In this document: piece by piece, positions 39,726 to 52,429 of the stretch | Layout of the letters: every line of letters begins with the position of its first letter | Position numbering within the stretch: position 1 is the first letter of the stretch | Assembly (NCBI RefSeq): GCF_963921235.1 | Contig: NC_086108.1 | Coordinates: forward strand, 22,692,001-22,756,000 | DNA: 64,000 nt | Direction: 5' to 3' | Source of the DNA: Mobula hypostoma | Taxonomy: Eukaryota | Position numbers and translations under genes: made by a program | Notes under the pieces: model-generated | What the model was told of the DNA's origin: nothing | The model's database searches: none | What the model saw: the letters and a program-made list of their open reading frames with translations, nothing else

Positions 39726-40375
39726 TAAACTCCAGTGATTAGGGTTGTGCTAGATGCTTCAAGCACTGAATGATTGAAGGGAAGCAGGTGTTCTTGAACC
39801 TGGTGGTACGGGACTTCACGCTTCTGCATCTCCTGCTCAGTAGAAGCTACGAGAAGATGGCAAAGTGCACATAGTGGAGATGTTTGATGATAGATGCTAC
39901 CTTCTTTAGATAGTGCTTCCTGCAGATGGTGGGGAGGGGTATACTTATGATATATGTATTGACCACACCATAAAATCAGGTCCACCCTGTCCTGGGACAG
40001 TTCTTCTTCCTCTTGTGATGCTAATTCATTGCTTTGCCTTGCTAACTATTCCCATTCAAATTGAAACATTATCTCTGTTTCTCCTCCCACAGATGTTGCC
40101 TGACCTGCCAAATGCTGACAGCATTTTTGTTTTTATTTTAGATTTCCAGCCTCCATTTTGTTTTGATTTTCAATTGAGACAATTCTAATGGCCGTATAGT
40201 TGCTCTCCAAAGATGTAATTTGGGATTGCTTTGGATTGGGAGATGGTGACTCTGGCTAGGTGAACATGGCCCAGGGGGCTAACTAGCCCAGGCCTTGACA
40301 TAATGTCTGATCTTCACCTTTCTCCCTGCACTACTGCATTTAGACTGAGTTACAATCAGAGCTTAGATGATAGAT

Positions 40376-40569
40376 CAGGGGTAGCCAACCTTTTACATTC
40401 CATGCGTCAATATTTTCACGCACGAGTTCAGATGTGATTTTTTTCACGCTCGAGTTCTATATTAACATATTTTTACAAGAATTGAGTGGGGGTACAAGAG
40501 TTGTATGGCGCATCTGAACTCGTGAGTGAAAAAATTGACGCATGGAATGTAAAAGGTTGGCTACCCCTG
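40376..40569. mobile_element. hAT (Charlie/Buster-type) MITE, 194 bp
   Basis: ~60-bp TIRs starting CAGGGGTAGCCAACC; perfect 8-bp TSD TGATAGAT with central TA at 40368-40375 and 40570-40577. Confidence 0.92.
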
Positions 40570-40714
40570 TGATAGATAGAGGTAGGTGGAGAGAGATGGA
40601 GAGAGGAAGAAAAAGTGAAAGCAGGTCAAGTGTGCGTGTGTGTACAAGAAAGAGAGAAAGCTTGTGAGAGAGAGTGAGAAAGAGGGGAGAGATATAGAAG
40701 AACAGACAGAGTGA

Positions 40715-40828
40715 TCATAAGACATAGGAGCAGAATTAGGCCATTCAGCTGATCATCATGGCTGATTCATTTCCCTTTAAAACCCATTCCCTTGATTTCT
40801 CCCAGTAACCATTCATGGGAGTGACTAA
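40715..40828 (-). mobile_element. CR1 3' end; continues at 48446-48870
   Basis: cataagacataggagcagaattagg tail; the sequence resumes at actaatcaagaatc (48446). Confidence 0.75.
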
Positions 40829-40985
40829 ATTTCAAAGTTCAAAGTAAAATTTATTATCAGGGTACATTCATGTCACCACATACAATCCTGAGATTCTTTT
40901 AATGAAGGCATTATTAGTAAATCAATAGAACAGAAATTGTAAACTGTAAGCTGTAAACATCAAGAACTGTTAACTGTAAACAAAC

Positions 40986-43787
40986 GGAGACATGGCTGCA
41001 GGGGATCAGACCTGGGAATTGAATGTACAAAGGCATACGTGCTATCGAAGGGACAGAAAGGTGGGCAGAGGGGGTGGGGTGGCCCTGTTGGTGAGGAATG
41101 AGATTCAGTCCCTTGCAAGGGGGGACATAGAATCAGGAGAAGTAGAATCAGTGTGGATAGAACTGAGGAACAGTAAGGGCAAAAAGACCCGAATAGGTGT
41201 TATCTACAGGCCCCCAAACAGTAGCATGGATATTGGGTGCAAGTTGAATAGGGAGTTAACAATGGCATGTGGCAAAGGAAATGTCGCAGTAGTTATGGGG
41301 GATTTCAACATGCAGGTGAACTGGGAAAATCAGGTTGGTACTGGACCCCAGGATAGGGAGTTTCTAGAGTGCCTACGGGATGCATTTTTGGAGCAGCTTG
41401 TACGAGAGCCGACCAGGGATAAGGCTATTCTGGATTTAGTGTTGTGCAATGAACAGGATTTGATAAGTGATCTTGAAGTAAAGGAGCCATTAGGAGGTAG
41501 TGACCATAATATGATAAGTTTTTATCTGCAAGTTGAGAGGGATAAGGCAGATCAGAAGTATCAGTATTGCAGTTGAACAAAGGAGACTATGGAGCCATGA
41601 GGGAGGAGCTGGCCAAAGTTGACTGGTCGGATATCCTAGCAGAAAAGACAGTGGAACAGCAATGGCAGGTATTCTTGGGAATAATGCACAAGGTGCAAAA
41701 TCAGTTCATCCCCCGGAGAAGGAAGGATTCAAAGGGGGGAAAGTGGCCACAGTGGTTGACAAAGGAAGTCAGAGATAGCATAGCATTAAAAAAGAAGTAT
41801 AACAGAGCTAAGGTGAGTGGGAAGATGGATGATTGGGAAATTTTTAAGGAGCAACAGGACTTAACTAAAAAGGCAATACGGGGAGAAAAAAATGAGGTAT
41901 GAACGCAAGCTAGCTAGGAATATAAAGGAGGATAGCAAAAGTTTTTTTAGGTATGTGAAGAGAAGGAAGATAGTTAAGAACAATATTGGGCCCTTGAAGA
42001 ATGAACTGGGAGAAATTGTTATGGGAAACAGAGAAATGGCAGAGGAATTTAATAAATACTTTGGATCTGTCTTCACTAGGGAAGACACAAGCAATCTCCC
42101 GGATGTATGGATGGGCCAAGGACATAGGGTAACAGAGGAACTGAAACAGATTGACATTAGGAAGGAAACGGTGATGAGTAGACTGATGGCACTGAAGGCT
42201 AACAAATCCCCAGGTCCAGGTGGTCTGAATCCTAGGGTACTAAAGGAGGTGGCTCTGGAAATTGCGGATGCATTGGTGATCATTTTCCAATGTTCCTTAG
42301 ATTCAGGATCAGTTACTGAGGATTGGCGAATGGTTAATGTTATCCCACTTTTTAAGAAAGGAGGGAGGGAGAAAACAGAACTATCGCCCTGTTGGCCTAA
42401 CATCAGTAGTGGGGAAGATGCTAGAGTCCATTATTAAAGATGAAATAGCGGCATATCTTGATAGCAGTGATAGGATTGGGCCGAGCCAGCATGGATTTAC
42501 CAAGGGCAAATCATGCTTGACTAATCTATTGGAGTTTTTTGAGGATGTAACAAGGTAGATAGACGCGGGAGAGCCAGTGGATGTGGTGTATCTTGACTTC
42601 CAGAAGGCATTCGATAAGGTACCACATAGGAGATTGATAGGTAAAATCAGAGCTCATGGCATTGGGGAGAGGATATTGACATGGATAGAAAACTGGTTGG
42701 CAGATAGAAAGCAAAGGGTAGCAGTGAATGGGTGTTTCTTGGAATGGCAGGTGGTGACCAGTGGGGTGCCACAGGGCTCGGTATTGGGACCACAGCTGTT
42801 TACGATTTACGTCAATGATTTAGAGGAAGGCATTGTGAATAACATCAGTAAGTTTGCTGATGATACTAAACTGGGTGGCAGTGTGACATGTGATGAGGAT
42901 ATTAGGAGAATTCAAGGTGACTTGGATAGGCTGGGTGAGTGGGCAGAAACTTGGCAGATAGCGTTTAATGTGAATAAGTGTGAGGTTATTCACTTTGGGA
43001 GCAAGAACAGGAAGGCAGATTATTATCTGAACGGTGTGGAGTTAGGTAAGGGTGAAATACAAAGAGATCTAGGAGTACTTGTTCATCAGTCTCTGAAGGT
43101 GAATGAGCAAGTGCAGCAGGCAGTGAAGAAGGCTAATGGAATGTTGGCCTTTAGTACAAAGGGAATGGAGTACAACAGCAAGGAAATCCTTTTGCATTTT
43201 TACAGGGCCCTGGTGAGACCACACCTGGAGTATTGTGTGCAGTTTTGGTCTCCAGGGTTAAGGAAGGACATCCTGGCTGTGGAGGAGGTGCAGCGTAGGT
43301 TCACTAGGTTAATTCCTGGGATGTCCGGACTGTCTTACGCAGAGAGGTTAGAGAGACTGGGCTTGTACACGCTGGATTTAAGGAGATTGAGGGGGGATCT
43401 GATTGAGACATATAAGATTATTAAGGGATTGGACAAGATAGAGGCAGGAAATATGTTCCAGGTGCTGGGAGAGTCCAGTACCAGAGGGCATGGTTTAAGA
43501 ATAAGGGGTAGGTCATTTAGGACAGAGTTGAGGAGGAACTTCTTCTCCCAGAGAGTTGTGGAGGTGTGGAATGTGCTGCCTCAGGAGGCAGTGGAGGCCA
43601 ATTCTCTGGATGCTTTCAAGAAGGAGCTAGATAGGTATCTTATGGATAGGGGAATCAAGGGTTATGGGGACAAGGCAGGAACCGGGTATTGATAGTAGAT
43701 GATCAGCCATGATCTCAGAATGGCGGTGCAGGCTCGAAGGGCCGAATGGTCTACTTCTGCACCTATTGTCTATTGTCTTTTGTCTAT
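40986..43787 (+). mobile_element. Young CR1 LINE, nearly complete ORF2 (APE endonuclease + RT), disrupted
   Basis: YRPPN, MGDFN, GSDHN, SQHGFTKGKSCLTNL, GVPQGSVLGP and KFADDT. Frameshifts near 41565, 41890 and 42370 plus a stop at ~42556. (ctattgt)n tail. Confidence 0.97.
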
Positions 43788-44083
43788 TAAATACAGATAT
43801 AAATAAATAGCAATAAATAACAAGCATGAAATAACAATATAACAGAATCCTTAAACAAGTGTAGTTATCCCCTTTTGTTCAAGAGAGCCTGATGGTTGAG
43901 GGGTATTAAATGTTCTTGAACCTGGTGGTGCGAGTCCTTAAGCACCTGTACCTTCTACCTGATGGCAGCAGCAAGAAAAGAAAATGGTCTGGGTGGTGAG
44001 GGTCTTTGATGATGGATGCTGCTTTTCTATGTCAACATTTCATGTAGATGTGCTCAATGGTTGGGAGGGTTTTACCTGTGATA

Positions 44084-47000
44084 TCATCATCAGGTGCCAT
44101 GCCAAGTTTGAGCTTTGACTGCCATGGCCCACACACTCCTGTTTCGGGTCAAGTGGATCAATTCATTGGTATTCATTTCCAGGCCTCTGGCTGCTGTCAC
44201 CATCATCATTTGTCTTTGTCTTCCTCTTGCTTTCTTCCCTTCAATCTTTCCCATAATTAGCATGCATTCTAACTCCTCTTTCCTAATCACACGTCCAATG
44301 AAGTTACGTTGCCTTTTCATGATTTCATAGATTATTTCTCTTTTTGTGTTTGCTTTGTTCATGACATCCTTGTTAGATATTCATTTCGTCCATGATATTC
44401 TTTGCATCCTCCTCAAAAATCATATCTTTGCTGCTTCAATTCGTTTCCTCATGTTACTAGATATTCTCCAATATTCTGATCCATATAACATAACTGGATA
44501 AATGTAACATTTCAGTACTCTGAGGCAGGTTTGTCATGCCTAGTTTAGTATTGATCAGTATATTCTTCATTCTCGTAAAGGTGTCTTTTGCCAGCCTTAT
44601 TCTTCTTTTGATGTCCATGTGGCACCTGTCATCTGATGTCACCCAGCTTCCTAAGTAGCAAAAGTTCTGTACTTGTTTTATGTCTTCCCCATTTATTCTC
44701 AGCCTGCAGATAGGATTCTTCTTCTTTTTGGATATCACCATACATTCTGTCTTTTTGCAATTGATAGATAGACCCATTTTTGCACTTTCTTCAACAATTA
44801 TATCAATTAAGTTTTGTAGTTCTTCCTCCGTACTTGCAATTAACACAATGTCATATGTATATCTGAAATTATTGATGTTTTCACCACCAACTTTGAGTCC
44901 TCTTAGATGTCTCTTATTTTTTGTAATCTTGTTTCACTGTACACATTAAATAAATCAGGGGAGAAAACACACCCTTGTCTAACGCCTCTCTTGATTTTCG
45001 TAAACTGACTCTCTTCTCCATCTATTCTTACAGTGGCAGTTTGTTCCTAGTTCAGATTTCTGATTAGGCAGAGGTCTTTCAAATCTAGATCTAGAGTTTT
45101 CTGTAATATTTCAAATAACTTATTGTGCTTCACTTTATCAAATACTTTTGTGTAGTCGATAAAACAAACAAATCTTTCTGCACTTGAGTAGCTCATTCTG
45201 ATAGTATCCTTAACATCAATATCGCGTTTCTTGTACCTTTGTCTTTCACAAAACCATATTGTTCTTTACCTATTTCAGCTTGTATCTTACTTTTAGCTCT
45301 TGTTATCAAAATTCTTAGAAGTATCTTGGTGATATGACTCATTAACCTTATGGTCCTATGTAATTCACATTCTATTGCTCCAGGTTTCTTAGGAAGAGTG
45401 ATAAATTCTGATTTTTCATCTCTTCTGGTATTATTCCAGTCTCATAAATGTCATTGATTAGATCATTAAGTTTTTCAATTCCATAATCTTCAAGGGCGAT
45501 AATTTGTTCTATTACTAATTCATCAGGACCTGCTGCCTTTCCTTTCTTCATCTTATTTATTGCAACACGAACTTCAGATTTTAAAATACTTGGACCTTCA
45601 ATGTTTTTCTTATTGTTACTGTCATGGGAGATCTAAATGCTAAAGCAGGACAAGGTGCTGATGGAAATACCATAGGAAAATTTGGACTGGGGAAAGAAAT
45701 GAAAGAGGTGAGAAATGGGTAGAATGGTGCAAGATGAATAATGAGGTCATTATGAATACCTACTTTAAAAACCATCCAAGACGCTTGTAGACCTGGAAAA
45801 ATCCAGGTGATAACACTAGGAATCAAATTGACTTTATTACTATAAACCAAAGATTTAGAAACTCAGTGACTCAATGCAAAACATATCCAGGTGCAGACTG
45901 TAATAGTGACCATAACCCAGTAGTATGTCATATAACCATATAACAATTACAGCACGGAAACGGGCCATCTTGGCACTTCTGGTCTGTGCCGATCTCCTAC
46001 TCTCACCTAGTCCCACCGACCTGCACTCAGTCCATAACCCTCCATTCCCTTCCTGTAAAAGTAAAACTTAAAAAACTAAAGAAGCAAAAACCTGAACAAT
46101 CCCTTGACTACTTGCAATTAATTAAAGAAAACTTAAGACAAAAATTTACAATTGAAGTAAGGAATAGATTTCAAAGTCTAGAAATAGAATCTGTTGAAGA
46201 TGATAGCAATCATGTAGAAATGAAATTTAACTCTCTAAAGGATGCCTTGGTAGAATCAGCAAAGTCGGTGATTCCTAAAGAAGAAAAAAAGCACAAAGAA
46301 TAAATGGATGACAGATGAAATCAAAAATCTAATGGAAGAAAGGAGACAGAAGAAAGCAAATCCTATAGAATATAAGTCCTTAGATGAAAAAGTTAAAAGC
46401 TTATGTCAAAAAGCCAGAGAAGAATGGTTAAACCAGGAATGTGAGCAAATAGAAAGAATCCCTATTACTGATCCAAAAAGGTTATATCAACAAATCAAGA
46501 ATATCACTGATAAAAAGCTCCTCTGTTCTACAGGTGGATGTTTGAAAGCAAAGGATGGTACCATTATCATGGAAAAAGATGAGATTATGAACAGATGGAC
46601 TGAGTATATTCCGGAATTGTTTGAAGACGATCGAGGTGAAAAACCAGAAATTAAGAAAAACATTAGTCCTGGGTATGACTCTAAACTGCAACTGATGATG
46701 AGGCTCTTATTGGGGACTTTCAAAGCTTTGGGGAAAGTGGAGTTATTCCTTAGTCATTCATTGCTCCCAGAGCCACTCTAACCCGGAACGGTAGCACCTG
46801 CAAGGGTTCCTGCTCAGGATACGAGCGAGGCCAACGGCAGATCTGGCAGGTTCAGTAACTGAACTTATGATGGAGAAGGCAGATGAGCTAGGACCTCAAA
46901 TGTCAACGGCTATAGTATAGGCGGATGAACATTTGGGAAGAGAAATGGCTATTTCTTTAGTTTGCCCAACGGTAGGCAATAGCAAACCACCGTTGCTAGA

Positions 47001-47551
47001 TACTAAGTTTCCTAAAATCTATTTGCTAAGAAAACCATGGTCAAACTCACAAAATGTATCACACAACAATAGCATCAAGAGGATTTTCAAGACAATTCTG
47101 AAGATGCTTCACTCGGTAGGGTTGATTCCGGTTAGCAGGGGATCCCCGACCATCATCAAGCTACTGCTCATAAAATTCAAGTAACACAAAAGAAAATTAT
47201 TGCCACTTGGAATGTAAGAACCCTATATCAAGCAGGAAGATTGGACAATATGATAAATGAAATGGAAAGACTAAAGATTAACATCATGGGAATTAGTGAA
47301 GTTCGTTGGATAGGTGCTGGAACATGTCAGAATAGAAATAAAACACTAATTTATTCTTGTGGAACATCCCATACTAATGGAGTAGGAATTTTTATGGATG
47401 AAGACATGGCAAAAAGTGTTTTAGGACATGAGGCAATATCAGAAAGTGTGCTCCTTATTAGATTCAGAGGACAACCATTTGGTTTAGCAATTATACACGT
47501 ATATGCACCAACAACAGATGGAACAAATGAGGATATAGATAAATTCTATGA
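44084..47551 (-). mobile_element. Near-full-length RTE LINE with rearranged 5' portion
   Basis: TSD ACCTGTGATA at 44074-44083 and 47552-47561. RT and (GAT)n tail lie on the minus strand (44084-45610). Endonuclease segments lie on the plus strand (ATWNVRTL, GISEVRW, VYAPT, MGDLNAK, SDHNP). Confidence 0.92.
45931..46053 (-). mobile_element. CR1 3' tail inserted in the RTE
   Basis: Interrupts the RTE at VVCH|VKVKL; atataaccatataac tail. Confidence 0.75.
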
Positions 47552-48445
47552 ACCTGTGATATACTGGACTGAATCCACCACCTTTTGGAGGATTTTTTGC
47601 TCAAAGGCATGGGTGTTCCTATTCTCGACCATAATGCAGCCAGTGAGCACACTCTGCATCACACATCTATAATAGTTTGCTAAGGTTTTCGTTGACATGC
47701 CACATCTCCGCAGAATCCTGAAGGAGCAGAGGCTCTGTTATGCTTTCTTCACAATAATATTTATATGATGGGTCCAGGGCAGGTCCTCTGAGATGGTGAC
47801 ACCCAGGAATTTAAAGTTACTGACCTTCTCCACCTCTGATCTTCTGATGATTACTGGCTTATAGACCTCTTGTTTCCCTCTCCTTGGTCTTATTAACATT
47901 GAGCGAGAGGCTGTTGTTATTACACTCTCAGCCAAGTTTCTGATCTCTCTCATGTATACTGATTCATCGCTATCTTTGACACGGCCCACAACAATGGTGT
48001 CATCGGCAAACTTGTATATGGTGTTGGAGCTGTACTTAGCCACACAGTCATAGGTGTAAAGTGAGTAGAGTAGGGGGCTTAGTACACCTTACTGCAGTGC
48101 TCCTGTGCTGATGAAGATTGTAGAGGAGATGTTTTCACTAATCTGAACTGACTGGGGTCTACAAATGAGGAAATCCAGGATCTAATTGCACAAAGGGGTA
48201 TTGAGGCCCAGATCTTGGACTTTACTAATTAGTTTTGAGGGAATGATGATGTTTTGAATTCCGAACTGTAATCTATAAAGAGCATCTTGGCATATGCATC
48301 TTTGCTGTCCAGATGTTCCAGGGTTGTGTGAAGAGCCAACGAGATAGCATCTACTGTAGATCTGTTGCTTCAGTAGGTGAACTGGAGTGGATCCAAGTCT
48401 CATTCAGACAGGAGCTGATATGCTTTGGCACCAGCCTCTCAAAAT

Positions 48446-48870
48446 ACTAATCAAGAATCTATCATACTCCACCTTAAATACATCCAATAACCTGGTCTCC
48501 ACAGCTGCCTGTGACAATGAATTCCACAGATTCACCATCAGTGACCCCTGCAGAACACCACTAGTCACCAGCAGCCAATCAGAAAAGACCTCTTTCTTCC
48601 CACACTTTGCCTCCTGCCAATCAGCCAATCAGCCAATGCTCTAACCATGCTTGTATCTTTCCTGTAACACCATGGGCTCTTAACTTGTTAAGCAGCCTCA
48701 TATGTGGCACCTTGTCAAAGGCCTCCTGGAAACCCAAGTACACAACATCAAGTGATTCTCCTTTGTCCATCCTGCCTGTTATTTCTCAAAGAATTGCAAC
48801 AGATTTGTCAGGTAAGACTTTCCCTTTAGGAAACCATGCTGACTTTGGCTTATTTTGTCATGAGTGATTG
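48446..48870 (-). mobile_element. CR1 fragment (outermost host of the nested stack)
   Basis: FSDWLLVTSGVLQGS and LWNSLSQAAVET remnants. Confidence 0.85.
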
Positions 48871-49712
48871 AGAAAAAATTGAAAGAGTGGGATGAAGTGA
48901 GCAGTTGATCAGCCATTTGGCTCATTTTTTTACCTTAATCATCTCTGACAGTTCAAGCTATAGCCCAGGAACATCCAAATACTTCCAACTGCTATTCCAG
49001 ATTTGACAATAACTCAGAGTGAATGGGACTTTATTTTCCTCATTTGTCTGCTATTTGATGGAGATAATTTATCAAGAAAGTGTAATGATTGTCTAGGCTG
49101 ACATTACTACTGGAGAAGAAGCGTTTTCCACTCAGTCATTTGTAATGTGTTGGGCAAGATTTTATTTGTAGAAACTGGGCTGGTGTCTATGACACAGATG
49201 TTCTGTACAGTATGATGCACTGATATTTTAAACATTGGTAAAATGGCTTATTATTGTCATGTGAATCAAGGTAAAATGAAAAACTTTGTTTTGCATGCCC
49301 TCCATACTGATTATTTCAACACATTAGTACAAGGACAAAGCAGTAACTTTGCAGAATATAGTGTTACGGCTACAGAGAAAATGCAGTGCAGGCAGGCAAT
49401 GAAGTGCAAGGTCATAAAGAGATAGATAATGAGGTGAAGAGTTCATCTTCTTGTACAAGGAGCTGGTTGTTATCTAGCACTCTTCCCTGTGACACTGTTC
49501 TGTGGGCAATAGCAGCCCAGTGGGCCATTGGCAACACCAAGTAATGAGTGTCAAAGGATTGACCTAGGCATCTGAATGGAGGCTGATCCAAGGTCCCAAT
49601 GATTGATGCACATAGTGCACTAAGGGCTTGTAATTAAATGCCCAATTTACACTTTATCCATGCCCTTTCCTCCCAATTTTCTATGAGCTGGCTTTGTGGT
49701 ATCTGCTGAGAT

Positions 49713-49792
49713 TAGGGGTTCCCAAACTGGGGTCCACGGACCCTTTAGTTAATGTAAGGGATCTCTGGCATAAAAATGTTTGGGAACCCCTG
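49713..49792. mobile_element. 80-bp hAT-type MITE
   Basis: TIRs AGGGGTTCCCAAAC / GTTTGGGAACCCCT; TSD GCTGAGAT / GCTTAGAT (7 of 8 match). Confidence 0.8.
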
Positions 49793-50589
49793 GCTTAGAT
49801 TAATTGTACTCCCACATTGTCCTAACCTTAGCCTCTTGCGAAACTGGAAAGGTCAGAAGGACAACTCAGGCGGACTGTTTCGTTTACTGTTTGGGAGCTG
49901 GGTCCCAAAGCCAATTACAGAATCCCACATCTACCCCAACAACAATTTTCATTTGCACAGTAGAACCTGTCACAAGGCACTTCGTGGTAATGTAACAAGA
50001 CAAAATCTGAGATGCGACTAAAAATCTGGGCAAAGAAGTAGCTTGCTACAATCATCGTGATTTAGTCGAGGATGTTGTGTTCAACAGAGAATAGTAGAGA
50101 GATTTGAGGAGAAGATATGAGAATTCAGGGCAATTTTCAGCTGTTTATAGTCGTAGAGAGGTACAACGCGGAGACTGGCCCTTTATCCCATTGTATCTGC
50201 ATTGACTATCAGCCAGCCGTTTGTTCAATAGCGTGTTGTATGACATGGGCGATCATGGTTTTCCATGACATTGATTGTTCTTGGCATATTTTTCTACAGC
50301 AGTGGTTTGCCTTCTTCTGACCAATGTCTTTACAAGACGGGTGACCCCAATCATAATCAATACTCTTCAGAGATTGTCTGCCATTCGTCAGTGGTCACAT
50401 AACCAGAATCTGTAATATGCACCAGCTGCTCATAAGACCATCCCCCACATGCTCCCATGGTTCCATGTGCCCCTGATTGGGGGCTGAACAGGTGCTACAC
50501 CTTGCCCGAGGGTGACCTGTAGGCTAGCAGAGGGAAGGGGTGCTTTACACCTCCTTTGGTAGAGATATATCTCCACCCTGCTGCTCACC

Positions 50590-50830
50590 ATTTGTACTAA
50601 TCCCACAATGATCCAATTTTTGTTTCCACACATTCTCGTCAACTTGCCCCAGATTCCACTACTCAACTACACATGGGGGAGGGGGGAATTAGGCTACTAA
50701 CCACCCGCACATCTTTGGGATGTGGGAGGAAACCAGAGCACCTGGAGGAAATGTATGTCACCATAGGGAGAACATACAAGTTTTGTACAGACAGTTCCCA
50801 GGGTCAGGATTGCATGAGGCTCACCAGTAT
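50590..50830 (-). mobile_element. SINE (V-SINE/HE1-like)
   Basis: Central domain tctttgggatgtgggaggaaaccagagcacc. Confidence 0.7.
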
Positions 50831-51104
50831 GCCATCATCATTATGTGAAATAAATTTGAAGGGAACTGCATGTGGGGTTTACAGGAGATGGTGGTGGTGT
50901 GGGTGTGAAGGTTTGGAATGTAAGGAATACTGCTCTTACATTCCTGGCACAAAATAGCTTGGTTTCTGACCCTACTTTGTTGTTTTTTAAGAAGGTAGAA
51001 TGAAACAGATGCTCCAATCTAAAAATATTTTTTATCAGAAGTTTTGATGTTACTTAAGGTGTCTGACAACAGACATGCACAAACTTTTCAGAAAAACCTC
51101 TGCA

Positions 51105-51400
51105 ACACAAACAAAATGGTGGAGGAACTCAGCAGGTCGGACAACATCTATGGAGTTGATGTTTCAGGCTCAGACCTTCCTCAGGACTGGAAAGGGAAGA
51201 AGCCAGAATAAGAAAGGGGGAAGGGAGGAGTACAAGCTGGCAGGTGACAGGTGAAGCCAGGTGAAAGGGAAGGTGGGTGGGTGGGGGAGGGAGTGATGAA
51301 GTAAGAAGGTGGGAGGCAATAGGTGGAAATGGTAAAGGGCTGAAGAAGAAGGAATCTGATAAGAGAGGACAGTGGACCATAGGAGAAAGGGAAGGAGCAG
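51105..51400 (-). mobile_element. Penelope-type pseudo-LTR with adjoining purine-rich body
   Basis: Minus strand cagtcCTGAGGAaggtctgagcctGAAAcatc, a hammerhead-like core. Confidence 0.7.
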
Positions 51401-52019
51401 AAAGTGTTGAAAAAACTTCATAGCTTTTACGGTACACAATTGGCTTGCTTGCGCTTGCCTCCTACTTTGTAAACTTTTTTGCTTACAGACATCATTACTG
51501 GTTTTAAAATCAGAATGTGATATGTATTAGAATCTTTAGTCCTGACACATAGCACATCCACTGCTGTAGTGATAACTGTAGCCATATTCAGCAAAGAAAC
51601 ATTTCAACCCATACCTACAGTACATTAATGAGTTCTGACAAAGGGTCCCGAGCCTGAAATATTAACAGTTTCTCTTTCCATAACAGCTGCCTGATCTGCT
51701 GAGTGTTTCCAGCAATTTCTGCATTTAATGGAGCTGGGTTTGTGTGCATTAGAATCAGTTAGTGCCAAATATCCAAAAACTGACCAAAATTCAATACTCC
51801 AGCAGACCATGAGAGAATCAAATGTTTTGCAAATGTACAAGGATTTTATCAATGCCTTTATCGCGTCTTTTCTTTGCTGACCCCATTTGGTTATTGATCA
51901 TCTATAAAAATTATAAATTCATAAATCTGATGTTATATAAATACCTGGTTTTCCTCAAATGCTAAATGATCAGAAGAGGTTGAATCATAAAAACAATGAA
52001 AGAACACTTTTGGAGCAGC

Positions 52020-52230
52020 CAGTCGACCTGTTGTCTTGCTGCGCCAGAGACATAGGTTCAGTCCTGACCTTTGGTACTGTCTGCTTGGCATTTGCATGTC
52101 ACCACTGTGACTGCGTGTGGGTGCTTTGGATTTCTCCAACATCCCAAAGACATCTAGGTTAGTAGATTTGTTGATAAGTTACTCCAGTTGGTAGGTGTGA
52201 GGTAGAATCTGGAAGGAGCTGATGAGAGTA
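52020..52230 (+). mobile_element. SINE (V-SINE/HE1-like)
   Basis: ggttcagtcc B-box remnant and the shared central domain. Confidence 0.6.
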
Positions 52231-52429
52231 AAAATACTAAAAACACTTCTAGTATTCATGTAGGAGATTTGCAAGAGTCTCTGGTGACATGACAAACAGA
52301 CTCTGGGGTGTTTGGAGGATGGTTGGGTACTTCGTCAAGTAATAATGTTCTGTGACTTTGTCCCCATCACAAAAGTAGGTTTGCAGCTGGTGACTTGGGA
52401 GGTGGGGGTGGAAGGAGGAAACACCTGTC

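Larger units (their letters stand above)
40830..48445 (-). mobile_element. Rex/Babar-type LINE split into 40830-40985, 43788-44083 and 47552-48445
   Basis: FERLVPKHISSCL, IYKFADDTIVVGRV and FKFLGVTISEDL remnants; (tttgaac) tail near 40830; the pieces are collinear. Confidence 0.85.
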
